Part shown: piece after piece, positions 25,416 to 37,333 of the stretch
Position numbering within the stretch: the first letter of the stretch is position 1
How the letters are laid out: each line of letters opens with the position of its first letter
NCBI RefSeq assembly: GCF_001194135.2
Contig: NC_068985.1
Span: 5,573,600 to 5,619,755 of the forward strand
DNA from: Octopus bimaculoides
Lineage: Eukaryota
Length of the DNA stretch: 46,156 bases
Direction of reading: 5' to 3'
The notes under the pieces: model-generated
Told to the model about the DNA's origin: nothing
Database searches by the model: none
The model's input: only the letters and a program-made list of their open reading frames with translations
Translations under genes and position numbers: made by a program

Positions 25416-26309
25416 NNNNNNNNNNNNNNNNNNNNNNNNNNNNNNNNNNNNNNNNNNNNNNNNNNNNNNNNNNNNNNNNNNNNNNNNNNNNNNNNNNNNN
25501 NNNNNNNNNNNNNNNNNNNNNNNNNNNNNNNNNNNNNNNNNNNNNNNNNNNNNNNNNNNNNNNNNNNNNNNNNNNNNNNNNNNNNNNNNNNNNNNNNNNN
25601 NNNNNNNNNNNNNNNNNNNNNNNNNNNNNNNNNNNNNNNNNNNNNNNNNNNNNNNNNNNNNNNNNNNNNNNNNNNNNNNNNNNNNNNNNNNNNNNNNNNN
25701 NNNNNNNNNNNNNNNNNNNNNNNNNNNNNNNNNNNNNNNNNNNNNNNNNNNNNNNNNNNNNNNNNNNNNNNNNNNNNNNNNNNNNNNNNNNNNNNNNNNN
25801 NNNNNNNNNNNNNNNNNNNNNNNNNNNNNNNNNNNNNNNNNNNNNNNNNNNNNNNNNNNNNNNNNNNNNNNNNNNNNNNNNNNNNNNNNNNNNNNNNNNN
25901 NNNNNNNNNNNNNNNNNNNNNNNNNNNNNNNNNNNNNNNNNNNNNNNNNNNNNNNNNNNNNNNNNNNNNNNNNNNNNNNNNNNNNNNNNNNNNNNNNNNN
26001 NNNNNNNNNNNNNNNNNNNNNNNNNNNNNNNNNNNNNNNNNNNNNNNNNNNNNNNNNNNNNNNNNNNNNNNNNNNNNNNNNNNNNNNNNNNNNNNNNNNN
26101 NNNNNNNNNNNNNNNNNNNNNNNNNNNNNNNNNNNNNNNNNNNNNNNNNNNNNNNNNNNNNNNNNNNNNNNNNNNNNNNNNNNNNNNNNNNNNNNNNNNN
26201 NNNNNNNNNNNNNNNNNNNNNNNNNNNNNNNNNNNNNNNNNNNNNNNNNNNNNNNNNNNNNNNNNNNNNNNNNNNNNNNNNNNNNNNNNNNNNNNNNNNN
26301 NNNNNNNNN
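25416..26309. other. Assembly gap; other N runs at 632-658, 8891-8900, 16836-17080, 19002-19011, 27015-27024, 32131-32503, 33683-34611, 41856-42110, 44489-44498
   Basis: N runs, most flanked by (TA)n or poly-A. Confidence 0.99.
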
Positions 26310-26968
26310 ATATCCATATTCATGAATATGCACCTATATATATGTATGTGTATAATATATGCAAAAGATATTTGTGTGAAAATTATTCAAAGAAATCGCA
26401 ATGCGAACTATATATGGTATAATATGATTCGCTGCAAATAAACTTTCGCTAGAAACATCATATCTTGTTTAAAGTTACCAAATTAGTCATCAGATGACAA
26501 TAAAGCTGTCGTCTGGAAGAAATATCGGTCTGTTTTTACATGTTGAGATAAATCCACGGTTGCAGCTATAAAAGATTGTTTTTACTATCCTTGTATAATA
26601 AGGAATTACTACAGAAAATAAAATGCGTGTAAGTCCACCTAATACCACGATAATGTGAACTTGTGGTATTTTTGTATTTTATGTATTTTATCAATTGGTC
26701 AAGAATTTTGTAAATATGACGAATGGTTAATTTTGTTCAGAATCAAACTCCTTAAAGTTGACATAAAGTGCATCATTTCGCTTTCTTTCTGTGTGGTTTG
26801 CATCGTTCGAAAGCTGTTCTCTTGAAACCAAAATCAGAATAAAGATTTTACAAGTTTCAAATGAAATTGTTTGGTGTTGCTGTTTTTCTCTTTTCTGTGT
26901 GTTTGAAGGAAAAATGTATACAGGCATACACGCACACACATACATATGTGTGGGTATATGTGTGTCTG

Positions 26969-27010
<42 letters not shown>

Positions 27011-27024
27011 TATANNNNNNNNNN

Positions 27025-27346
27025 GATTCCCAGACCGGGCGTTGTGAGTGTTTATTGAGCGAAAACACATAAATATCCACGAGACTCCGGCAGGTGGTGG
27101 CAGCAAACCTTGCTGTATTCTTTCACCACAACTTTCTCCCACTCTTTCCGCCTGTTTCTCTTGTCCATGTAATTCAAAGGGGCCAGCCTTGTCCCACTCT
27201 GTGTCACGCTGAATCTCCCTGAGAACTACGTTAAGGGTACACGTGTCTGTGACGTGCTCAGCCACTTGCATGTTAATTTCACGAGCAGGCTGTTCCGTTG
27301 ATCGGATCAACTGGAACCCTCGTCGCTGTAACCGACAGAATGCCAT
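27025..27346 (+). mobile_element. SINE family 3a (5' end in a gap)
   Basis: Reverse complement of 32730-33098. Confidence 0.8.
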
Positions 27347-27515
27347 GTCATATATATTATATATATATTATACGTGAGTTAAGACCTATAACAACCATCT
27401 AAGAGATACTTGTTTCCACTGGTATATTACCTATATTTAATCATGAGCATTATTAGTGTTAATGCTCATGTATGATAGGTAATGACAAAAATAAGATAGA
27501 GTTTATCAATAGTCA

Positions 27516-27661
27516 AAGGAAAACAGAAAATGGAGATACAATTAATGAATAACAATTGATTTACATAAATTATCGTTTATTAATTAATTATTTACCAAAG
27601 GACAGAATCTCAACTAACAGCTGTTTTTATTAGCGTGTTTCTCAGTTTTAACCACCACCAC

Positions 27662-27728
<67 letters not shown>

Positions 27729-28043
27729 GTAATAGTTATCATTGTAGGTAATTAGTCATACCAAATTGAGTCACGAAAATTAATCAGAGTAGAAAATAAA
27801 ATAAAATATAAGTAAAAAGTAAAAGAAGAAAAAAAAAGAAAAGAAAAAGGAGAATGTAGAAACGGTGATAATCATCCGGTGCTACATGCTTATCCACTCT
27901 GAAACATTCGACCGCAGCACCAATTGATTACCACCGTTCTTACTTTCTCCTTCTATTTCTTCTTTCTCTTTTTACTTATATATTTACTTTCCGCTCTGAT
28001 GAAGTTTCGCGATACAATGTGGTATAACTAATTACCTACAATG

Positions 28044-28103
<60 letters not shown>

Positions 28104-28211
28104 GTGGTAGTTAAAACTGAGAATCACGCTAACAGAAACAGCTGTAAGTTCAGATTCTGTCTTTTGTAAGTAATAAGTGATAATTGATGTAAGATATTTT
28201 CTGTTTTCCTT
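27516..28211. repeat. ~700-bp imperfect palindrome; arms 27516-27885 and 27914-28211, each with an internal (AAT)n tract
   Basis: GACAGAATCTCAACTAACAGCTG...CTCAGTTTTAACC is mirrored by GTTAAAACTGAG...CAGCTGTAAGTTCAGATTCTGTC. TCATTGTAGGTAATTAG is mirrored by CTAATTACCTACAATGA. Confidence 0.8.
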
Positions 28212-28238
28212 ATATACATATTATATATATATACATAT

Positions 28239-28640
28239 CAGGACTTATTGTCCGTAAGCCTAGTACTTATTTTATCGGTCTTTTTTTCCGAACTGCAATT
28301 TCTTAGGTCCTTCTGTTTTTAGTCCCCTTAGGAGAAAAGGTAGTAATTTTTGTGATTTCTTAATATTAGTTGTGTACTCTATAGAAATGTTAAGTTACGG
28401 GGACGTAAACCCACCAACATCGGTCGTCAAGCGATGGTGGGGTAGGGGAAAAACCCAAACACATACACACATATATATATACACGACGAGCTTCTTTCAG
28501 CTTCCGTCTGCCAAATTTACTTACAAGGCTTTGGTCGGCCCGACGTTATAGTAGAAGACTCATGCCCAAGGTGCCACGCTGTGGGATTCAACCCGGAACT
28601 ATGTGATAGGCTTCTTACCACATAACCACGCATGCGCCTA
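28239..28640 (-). mobile_element. SINE family 1 with an ~90-bp interruption (~28297-28389)
   Basis: Colinear with 2870-3222 apart from the inserted segment. Confidence 0.7.
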
Positions 28641-29469
28641 TATATATAACAGTTTCGTCAAGCAAAATCTATTAAAAGGTGTCTCGCGTCTCCTCCACAC
28701 AAGATGCAAGACTAAAAGTCCCACAAGGGCACATGTTACAAAGTCCATGTCTCAAAATGATGTCCCGCGTTGGAACCTCATTTTACGATATAGATTAAAT
28801 TAACCGCCAACAGGTCTATTTATATATCTATCCCTTACAGCACAGACATGCGTAGACACACAGACACTGAGAAGTTAAATGTGTATCTTTTTCCCGCTGA
28901 TGATATGCTTATGTCGCATAAATGTAAATTTAATGTTTATTGAGTATTAATTGAAACGGCAGTAAGTGAAGATGACCAATTTGCTGTCAATATTAAACAT
29001 TTATTAATTCCTAATCTCCATTTTCTTTTTTTCCTTTAAATGAATATAAACTATGTTTTTATATACACCTATTAATTAAAGAAATTCATTCCCCGAAAAT
29101 ACTAGGTATTGAACCAGTATTTCCTTCATGAGGTATTGAACCATCTCTTCATGAGGTTTCCACATCCTCTAATTAAATATAGATATACATATGATGTGTT
29201 TATATATGCTTATACATACGCATATGAATTTATATATGCATATATATGTGAATGGGTTAGTGTTTTTTGCAGGGAGAAAAATTAGAAGATACACCGATGA
29301 AACAATGGAAAGTAGTAATACGAAGGTATCTATTTAGCATAACACATTGAAAACACGTAAAACTATCTCCCTTGCTAAAATGTAAAGTAAAAACATAAAG
29401 ACGAACGCAAGTATAACTAGAGAAAAAAACATATAACAGAAATCAAAGCTAAGCGGTAATTGAAACTTC

Positions 29470-29546
<77 letters not shown>

Positions 29547-30303
29547 TAATAATAATAAGAGGAAAATGATATAGAACAAAGTATGTTTTAGTGAACAAAA
29601 GAGAGATGGAGAATAATATAGGAAAAAGAAAGACAAAAAAAATCTATGAACAAGCTAAAACAATCACCTACCCTGTACAACCTCCGATCTACTAGAGAGA
29701 AATTATTAAATGTCTAGACTAAATTGACTATAACATTCTACAGTGCCGTTGTTTCTCACAAAATATTTCGAAAATATTCCATGATAATCAATAGAAATAG
29801 CGGGGAGAGGATATGACAAGGTGTTCTAATTTCCTTTATTACTTGTTAGTTTAGGTTTTGTTATAGTTTTAATATATTATTGTTTGGACAATTTATTATA
29901 TTTTTATACATATTTTTTCCTGTTTTTCACTTTATTTTCCTTGGCTTCTGTATTTCGGAAATTCTATAATTTGCTACGATTTAGAAGCTATTTGATATTA
30001 TATATATATATTATACATTATGCTTCTCTTTTTTCTTGTAACAACAATTACATACATTGCACGTCTTTTTACTTCAGTCTTACGGCTAAAAAGAAAGAAA
30101 AAATAAACGGAAAAGATTCGAAAGTGTATACATAATACGAAAGACTCACACACGCACAGAAGTGAATAGACTTATGTATATATCTATATACACGTAAGTC
30201 TGTATAGTGAAATCATTTGCTTGAATCGTCTCGCACGCTAATTCATGCTTGTGCATGCTGCTTATATATGTATACGTGTGTGCATATATGCATATGTATT
30301 TAA

Positions 30304-30334
<31 letters not shown>

Positions 30335-30388
30335 TGTATGTATGTATGTATGTATCTATCTATCTATCTACCTACCTACCTCTCTCTC

Positions 30389-30437
<49 letters not shown>

Positions 30438-30556
30438 TTAGCCATCAATCAATCAAACCGTTCATCCATCAGTTCATCTATCTATACATCTATATATGTA
30501 TGTATGTAGGTATGTATGTATGTATGTATGTATGTATGTATGTATGTATCTATCTG

Positions 30557-30637
<81 letters not shown>

Positions 30638-31735
30638 TTGTCTATCTATCTATCTATGTTTGTATGTTTATGTATACATATATGCTTTTATACGTGTATG
30701 TGCGTGTCTATGTACTTCGATTTTTAGCTTCCCGTTTCTTTTCCCTTTGTGTCAGAATTCTGTCATTTGTAATGCGCAACTGTGGTAGAGATTGACGGTT
30801 TTGGACATGCTGTTAAGATCAACTTCATTAACACTTCTCTCTTGAATTGGTATTTCGGTGACGTTCTTGAACTGTTCATTGATACAGTCGTTTTGGGGTC
30901 ATAAAGATTTTGGTGTTACAAACATTTATGACAATGAAATCCTACTGAACCATGTGGGATGTTATCACGATAAAGTTCGAAATAATAGAGTCTAATGCAT
31001 GAGTTGCCGAACAGAGTGAGACAAATCGATTTTTGAGTGGGAATCGCGATTGTTTCAACAGTTTATGCTCGCTAGCTAAAAACGAGAGGCGAAAATATCG
31101 ATTGTATTGAAGTGAACAAAGCCAAACAATCAATGTCCGTTTCCGGTTGTACGTGCGCCTGTACGCATGTGTGTCTGTGTGATTGTTTGTGAGTGTGCGG
31201 ACGTGTGTGTTTGTGCGTCTGGAATTGTAGCTGCGAATGTATGCTGTATGTTATGCAGTCACTACGTTGATGAATTTAATAGATTCTGCAGGAGACAGAC
31301 TGATATCTCTTGCATAAAAGGTAGTGATGCAACCAAAACAGAAACTGTATTGACGAGATGGGTTTTCCAATTAGAAGAAAGCTCTTTCGCAACGAATCCC
31401 CGTTTTATGGTTTCTTTTTGGCACTATATGCTGCATTCCTTTAATGTTCGATTGAACTTGCAGTTATAAAAGCTAAAGTTCTCTTGAATTATATCCCACA
31501 ATCTTTAAAAAAATGTAAGGATTAATTGGTCACCAGTTTAATCTGAGGTTAACTATGTCAAGGAAGTACAGGACGGTTAATGACAACCATACATCTGTCT
31601 GCTCTGCGTTGTGCCGGAGTTCGACGACGACGACAACAACAACAACAACAACAACAACAACAGCAACAACAAGGGTACTAAAGCTGCAGCACTAAGAAGG
31701 CAGGTGAACAAGATACGTCGGCTAATCGACAAAGT

Positions 31736-31838
31736 CTTCCAGCCCATGTGGTTCTGGGTTCACTCTCATTGGGTGGAACCTTGGGTAAGCATCTTTTATT
31801 ATAGACTCAGACCTACTAAGGCCTTGTGAGTGGATTTA
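31736..31838 (+). mobile_element. SINE family 1 fragment, degenerate
   Basis: CCATGTGGTTCTGGGTTCA...CCTTGGGTAAGCATCTTTTATTATAG...GCCTTGTGAGTGGATTT. Confidence 0.6.
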
Positions 31839-31981
31839 ATAGAGGGAAAGCAGAGAGAAGGCCCTCGTATATGTATATATAGGTATATATAGTTGGAATT
31901 TACAAAAAACAAAACAAACGACGATGACGAGTGTGTAAACAACAAACAGATGTATTAGTTTAACGCTCGGAAGGTGAGAAA

Positions 31982-32022
31982 GTCTTTTTCGTTTCGAGCT
32001 GACGCTCTTCGACAGAAAGGAA
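31982..32022 (-). ncRNA. Second minimal type I hammerhead-like motif (variant core), inside a probable different PLE terminal-repeat fragment (~31880-32030)
   Basis: Minus strand CCTTT-CTGTCGA-A-GAGC-GTCA-GCTC-GAAAC-GAA-AAAG. Stems I and II pair; two core deviations (A6>U, U16.1>A). Confidence 0.4.
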
Positions 32023-32729
32023 CACACAAATAAGCAGAGAGAGAAAATTTATACATATATATATATATATATATATAATAAATAATTCCCAAAATGTTTT
32101 TAATTTCTTGTTTTGATATATATATATATANNNNNNNNNNNNNNNNNNNNNNNNNNNNNNNNNNNNNNNNNNNNNNNNNNNNNNNNNNNNNNNNNNNNNN
32201 NNNNNNNNNNNNNNNNNNNNNNNNNNNNNNNNNNNNNNNNNNNNNNNNNNNNNNNNNNNNNNNNNNNNNNNNNNNNNNNNNNNNNNNNNNNNNNNNNNNN
32301 NNNNNNNNNNNNNNNNNNNNNNNNNNNNNNNNNNNNNNNNNNNNNNNNNNNNNNNNNNNNNNNNNNNNNNNNNNNNNNNNNNNNNNNNNNNNNNNNNNNN
32401 NNNNNNNNNNNNNNNNNNNNNNNNNNNNNNNNNNNNNNNNNNNNNNNNNNNNNNNNNNNNNNNNNNNNNNNNNNNNNNNNNNNNNNNNNNNNNNNNNNNN
32501 NNNAAAAAAAAAAAAAAAAAAAAAATTAAGAAACCGATAAAATGAATATCGGGCTTAACAAAAAGTAATTACGTGAATTTGTTCGACTAAAACATCTTGA
32601 AGACCGTGCCCCAGCATGGCCACAGTCTAATAACTTCAAAAAGTAAGGTATAAAAGAAAAACAACAAAACAATAAATATCAACCTATTGTAATGGAAGAC
32701 AGTAGAAGCTGATAGTTAATCAAAGATAT

Positions 32730-33098
32730 CGTGGCATTCCGTCGGTTGTGACGACGAAGGTTCCAGTTGATCCGATCAACGGAACAGCCTGCTCGTGAAA
32801 TTATCGTGTAAGTGGCTGAGCACTCCACTTAATGTACTTCTTGGGGAGACTCAGTGTGACACAGAGTGTGACAAGGCTGGTCCTTTGAAATACAGGTACA
32901 AGAGAAAAAGGAAGATAGATTGAGAGAAAATTGTGGAGAAAGCGTACAGCAGGGTTCGCCAGCACCAACTGCCAGAGCCTCGTGGAGATTTAGGTGATTT
33001 CGCTCAATAAACACTCACAACGCTTGGTGTTGATATCGAAACTGCTATCCTACGACCGCGAGTCCGCTGCCCTAACCATTGGGCCATTGCACCTCCAC
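32730..33098 (-). mobile_element. Full-length SINE family 3a with an 11-bp TSD
   Basis: ATCAAAGATAT at 32719-32729 and 33099-33109. tRNA-like head GGAGGTGCAATGGCCCAATGGTTAGGGCAGCGGACTCGCGG on the minus strand. Confidence 0.9.
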
Positions 33099-34611
33099 AT
33101 CAAAGATATACAAAGAGACGACATGATCATTTCAATGTATTTTGGGTGATCGGAGCAGGAGTGGAGTTAAATACCGGCAAAAACAAATCATTGCAAAAGA
33201 AGAATGTACAAAGACTATTATGTGTCAAAGATTCGAGGCAACAGAAAGTATGATTACGTCCTGTCACTCAAAGATTTTAAGAAATGATATGTTCGTGGAC
33301 TTAAATAGCTAGCCATTGTCTGGAATTATAACAGCTATTGTCTATTAATTGTAAGAAAACAAAGAACATTGTAGAAAATTAATTCTAAATATAACAAATA
33401 CTCAGAAAAATAGAAATAAACAAAGAAATTATTGTAAAACCTGAATGACAACAACAAATATAAATTGGTTGCGAAGGAGAGACAATCCACTGGAGTAGAA
33501 GATCATGTTGATTGATATTACAAAAAAAAAAAGAGAAACCGAACGAAGAACGTATAATAAAAATGAAATCGGAAGAACTTAAAGAACTTCTTAAAGACAT
33601 GGGCCGGTAAAGAATAACATCTGGCGTTGTTCCGAAATATTCCGGACAATGTAACTGTACGTATATATATATATATATATATNNNNNNNNNNNNNNNNNN
33701 NNNNNNNNNNNNNNNNNNNNNNNNNNNNNNNNNNNNNNNNNNNNNNNNNNNNNNNNNNNNNNNNNNNNNNNNNNNNNNNNNNNNNNNNNNNNNNNNNNNN
33801 NNNNNNNNNNNNNNNNNNNNNNNNNNNNNNNNNNNNNNNNNNNNNNNNNNNNNNNNNNNNNNNNNNNNNNNNNNNNNNNNNNNNNNNNNNNNNNNNNNNN
33901 NNNNNNNNNNNNNNNNNNNNNNNNNNNNNNNNNNNNNNNNNNNNNNNNNNNNNNNNNNNNNNNNNNNNNNNNNNNNNNNNNNNNNNNNNNNNNNNNNNNN
34001 NNNNNNNNNNNNNNNNNNNNNNNNNNNNNNNNNNNNNNNNNNNNNNNNNNNNNNNNNNNNNNNNNNNNNNNNNNNNNNNNNNNNNNNNNNNNNNNNNNNN
34101 NNNNNNNNNNNNNNNNNNNNNNNNNNNNNNNNNNNNNNNNNNNNNNNNNNNNNNNNNNNNNNNNNNNNNNNNNNNNNNNNNNNNNNNNNNNNNNNNNNNN
34201 NNNNNNNNNNNNNNNNNNNNNNNNNNNNNNNNNNNNNNNNNNNNNNNNNNNNNNNNNNNNNNNNNNNNNNNNNNNNNNNNNNNNNNNNNNNNNNNNNNNN
34301 NNNNNNNNNNNNNNNNNNNNNNNNNNNNNNNNNNNNNNNNNNNNNNNNNNNNNNNNNNNNNNNNNNNNNNNNNNNNNNNNNNNNNNNNNNNNNNNNNNNN
34401 NNNNNNNNNNNNNNNNNNNNNNNNNNNNNNNNNNNNNNNNNNNNNNNNNNNNNNNNNNNNNNNNNNNNNNNNNNNNNNNNNNNNNNNNNNNNNNNNNNNN
34501 NNNNNNNNNNNNNNNNNNNNNNNNNNNNNNNNNNNNNNNNNNNNNNNNNNNNNNNNNNNNNNNNNNNNNNNNNNNNNNNNNNNNNNNNNNNNNNNNNNNN
34601 NNNNNNNNNNN

Positions 34612-35505
34612 CAACACTATAGAATCTGAAAGAAATTTAGTCGGAAAACGATTGGCATAAAAGTTTCAGAGAATTACAATTTCATTACATTGATGGAAGC
34701 AGTTGTGTTGGCAATCCGAAAAAGAAAAGTCTATTTGCCAGACAGTATGCTCAACTAGTCAAAGAGAATGAATATATCTCCTGTTAGTTGTACAAAATCA
34801 TTTGAACGTTTATTTAAATCAGATTGAGAGGGGGAAGGAGAAAGAAAGAAAAAGAATGAAGGAAACATAAGGAACTCGAAATAGCGATATCTCATAAAAA
34901 CTGGAAGACTACAAGAGTGGGGAAAAACAATACCCGATAATATTAAGTGTATTAAGAATTATAGAAAGAGATGCAGAGAAATATGCAACAAATTACCAAA
35001 AACTGTGCATCATATTGCAAAACAGCTTAAGTTAAAGTGCAGGAAATAAAAAAAAATATAAAAAATAAACTAAAAGTACCAAAAAAGATAATAATGGAAA
35101 TGTTGAAGATAGAAAACTACTAAAAAGGATAACAAGATGGTGATGATGATGGTGATGCTAATAATATTGGCCCAAGGCCAGCAATTTTTGTTGGGAGGGT
35201 GGATATCGATTATTTCAAATCCAATGTTTGATCGATATTTATTCGATATTTATTCTATCGTCGCCGAAAGAGTGAAAAGAAAAGTCGACCGATGTGGAAT
35301 TTGAATTCAGAATATATCATAACGGAAGAAATACCCTTAAGCATTTTGTCCGACGCCCTGGCGGTTCAGCCAGCTGCACGTCCTGGTTAATTCTCTCTAC
35401 CATGAGTGAGAGACAAGAAATCCTTGGGTAGGGTTCACCCTATTATATCCATACAAGTACTTGCCTGGTCATCTGTTTGATCGACCCAAGAGGAACGGAA
35501 GACAA
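34612..35505 (+). repeat. Copy 2 of the ~895-bp duplication; left end hidden in the N gap
   Basis: See 13661-14555. Confidence 0.9.
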
Positions 35506-35643
35506 AGTTGACATCGACAGGTTTTGAAGCCAGAATTAAAAATCAGAAGAAAGGTTAGACTGCGATTTGTCTGTTCTGTCGATTCTTCCATCCACCTCCC
35601 GATAAGGATAATGATGATAATAATAGTAATAATAATAATAATG

Positions 35644-35683
<40 letters not shown>

Positions 35684-36395
35684 TAATAATAATAATAATA
35701 AAAGGTTTAGTTTCGTAAAGAAATGTAACACAGAAACTGTCTATATGAAGGAAAGAAAGTATAAAGTGAAAAACGAACCTAACTGGAAACAAATTTTAGA
35801 TATGGTTAAAAAGAAAAAAAAAGAGCAAACGAAACAAAGGAGAAATTCGAAATGGAATTCCAAAATATATCGAAGAAAAATTATAAGAAAGATCGCTTCA
35901 TGGCCGTAAGGCTCTAATGAGAGGAAATAAGCCAAAATGAAAGCCAATAATAGCTATAAAGCTCTCGGCTAAAATCGGAAACAGATATCTGTTTTTAGCT
36001 GTGCACCACCAATACCACGTCTCAAATAATTTAAAATTATAAAGAACTAAAATATTAACGTCAAGTGCAAACTGAACAAATGGGACGAAGGGCAGAGTCG
36101 ATCAAGAGAATCGTTTGAGCGTCGAGTAAACGCTTTGTTGCGGTATTTTTCATCGATTCCTCGTGTTCTAAGTTTGCGATTAAGTCAAGACATTCCATCC
36201 ATGACGGTGTAGAAAAATAAAATCCTTGTCAAGAACTGGCGATGATCCTTAGTATCGGTTCTACTTATGTCTCCCTCAGAATCAGCTGTGTTGCATGGAC
36301 AAAATCATTTTAAGGAACATTTCACTGTTTAGTTTTCGTTCACTTTATTTTATCGCAGACACGTATTTCATTATCAAGACTCTGTGATTGTTTAT

Positions 36396-36863
36396 ATTAT
36401 TTACATTTGACGGATATTTGTCCTCATCTTGTTAACACAATGTTTCATCTGATATACCCTCCTGCCTTCGTTAGGTGTCTTGGGGAAATTTCGAACCTGG
36501 GTTCCCATTCCTAAGGTATTTTTCAATGTTGTCGTTGTTATTATTATCATTATTATTGCCCTAGAATCAAACTCGGAATCATGAGGTTAGTAGCCCGCGC
36601 TCTTAACCCCAGATGCCCGTGGGCAATTTTGAAGTGAATTTTAGGGCTTATAAATCTAATATTTGCCTATCGTTCCTTAATACCGGTTCCCATATGCTAT
36701 TCACATCTGCGCTCGGTCTGCTTAGGAGGTTGTTGTGTCCTAGCATATGTGCTGCTTTTAGTTTTCGTATTTTCCAGTGGTGTTCTCTCTCTATTATTTA
36801 ATGTCTGTCAAATGTAAATAATGTAAATAATGTACATAATTCCTCATTTCTTAAATATAGAAC
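36396..36863 (-). mobile_element. Penelope-like element copy C: inverted 3'-end fragment (36805-36863), ORF C-terminus, tRNA-like region, (AAT)n, decayed hammerhead, tail
   Basis: 36396-36625 is homologous to copies A and B. 36805-36863 repeats the element's 3' tail on the opposite strand. Confidence 0.75.
36648..36797 (-). pseudogene. C-terminal 49 codons of a GIY-YIG endonuclease-like ORF (Penelope/Poseidon type)
   Basis: IIEREHHWKIRKLKAAHMLGHNNLLSRPSADVNSIWEPVLRNDRQILDL* resembles the PLE endonuclease end (I..RE..W..R..KEA..I...N.LNR......IW.P.L). The expected catalytic Glu in KEA is missing in this copy. Below the ORF-track length cutoff. Confidence 0.6.
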
Positions 36864-36929
36864 AAGACACTGATAGGTTATGATGCATCATGATCATGAT
36901 CATGAACATATGATTTCTTTCTGATTTAG

Positions 36930-37275
36930 GAACGGTTTCGAGGGAGGTGGTGCCAATCGATAACATCGACCTCTCTTCTTGACTCCATCATATCAACCTC
37001 GGAGGAATGAAAAGCAAAGTCGACCTCTGCAGGATTTGAACACAGAACGTAAAGAATACAAAGAACTATCGCAAGACGCTTTAACCACTTATTCATCATT
37101 AACGCATCGGACGAAATGCTTTGCGGTATATTTTCCGGCTTTTACTTTCTGCCTTCAAATTCCACCGAGGTCGACATTGCTTTAACGAAATAAGTACCGG
37201 CTGAATATTGGGGTTGATGTAATTACCTCGCCCCCTTTCCTCCAAATTTCAAACGTTGGGCCTATAGAAGAAAGA

Positions 37276-37276
<1 letters not shown>
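36930..37276. mobile_element. Two degenerate SINE family 2 pieces in opposite orientations (~36930-37085 minus; ~37100-37276 plus)
   Basis: AAAGCAAAGTCGACCTC...GATTTGAACACAGAA, then CAAATTCCACCGAGGTCGAC...AATAAGTACC. Confidence 0.6.

Positions 37277-37332
<56 letters not shown>

Positions 37333-37333
<1 letters not shown>

Noticed and set aside
26745-26801. bHLH basic-helix-like spacing ANHTERKRNDALYVNFKEF on the minus strand
   Set aside because: A stop follows five codons later, there is no loop-helix 2 and no splice donor. Probably chance.
27996-28030. Hammerhead in the 700-bp palindrome
   Set aside because: Only CUGAUGA is present. GAUA replaces GAAA and there is no compatible NUH/stem I in either arm.
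28897-28925. CTGATGA followed by a TATGC/GCATA hairpin
   Set aside because: No GAAA after the stem and no stem I, so it is not a hammerhead.
25296-34622. The longest ORFs (311-410 aa, and those at 16.7-17.2 kb and 32.1-32.5 kb)
   Set aside because: They are open only because they span N gaps.
13661-35505. The duplicated blocks as paired LTRs of one retrotransposon
   Set aside because: They are 21 kb apart, have no TG...CA termini, PBS or gag/pol between them, and contain nested SINE remnants.
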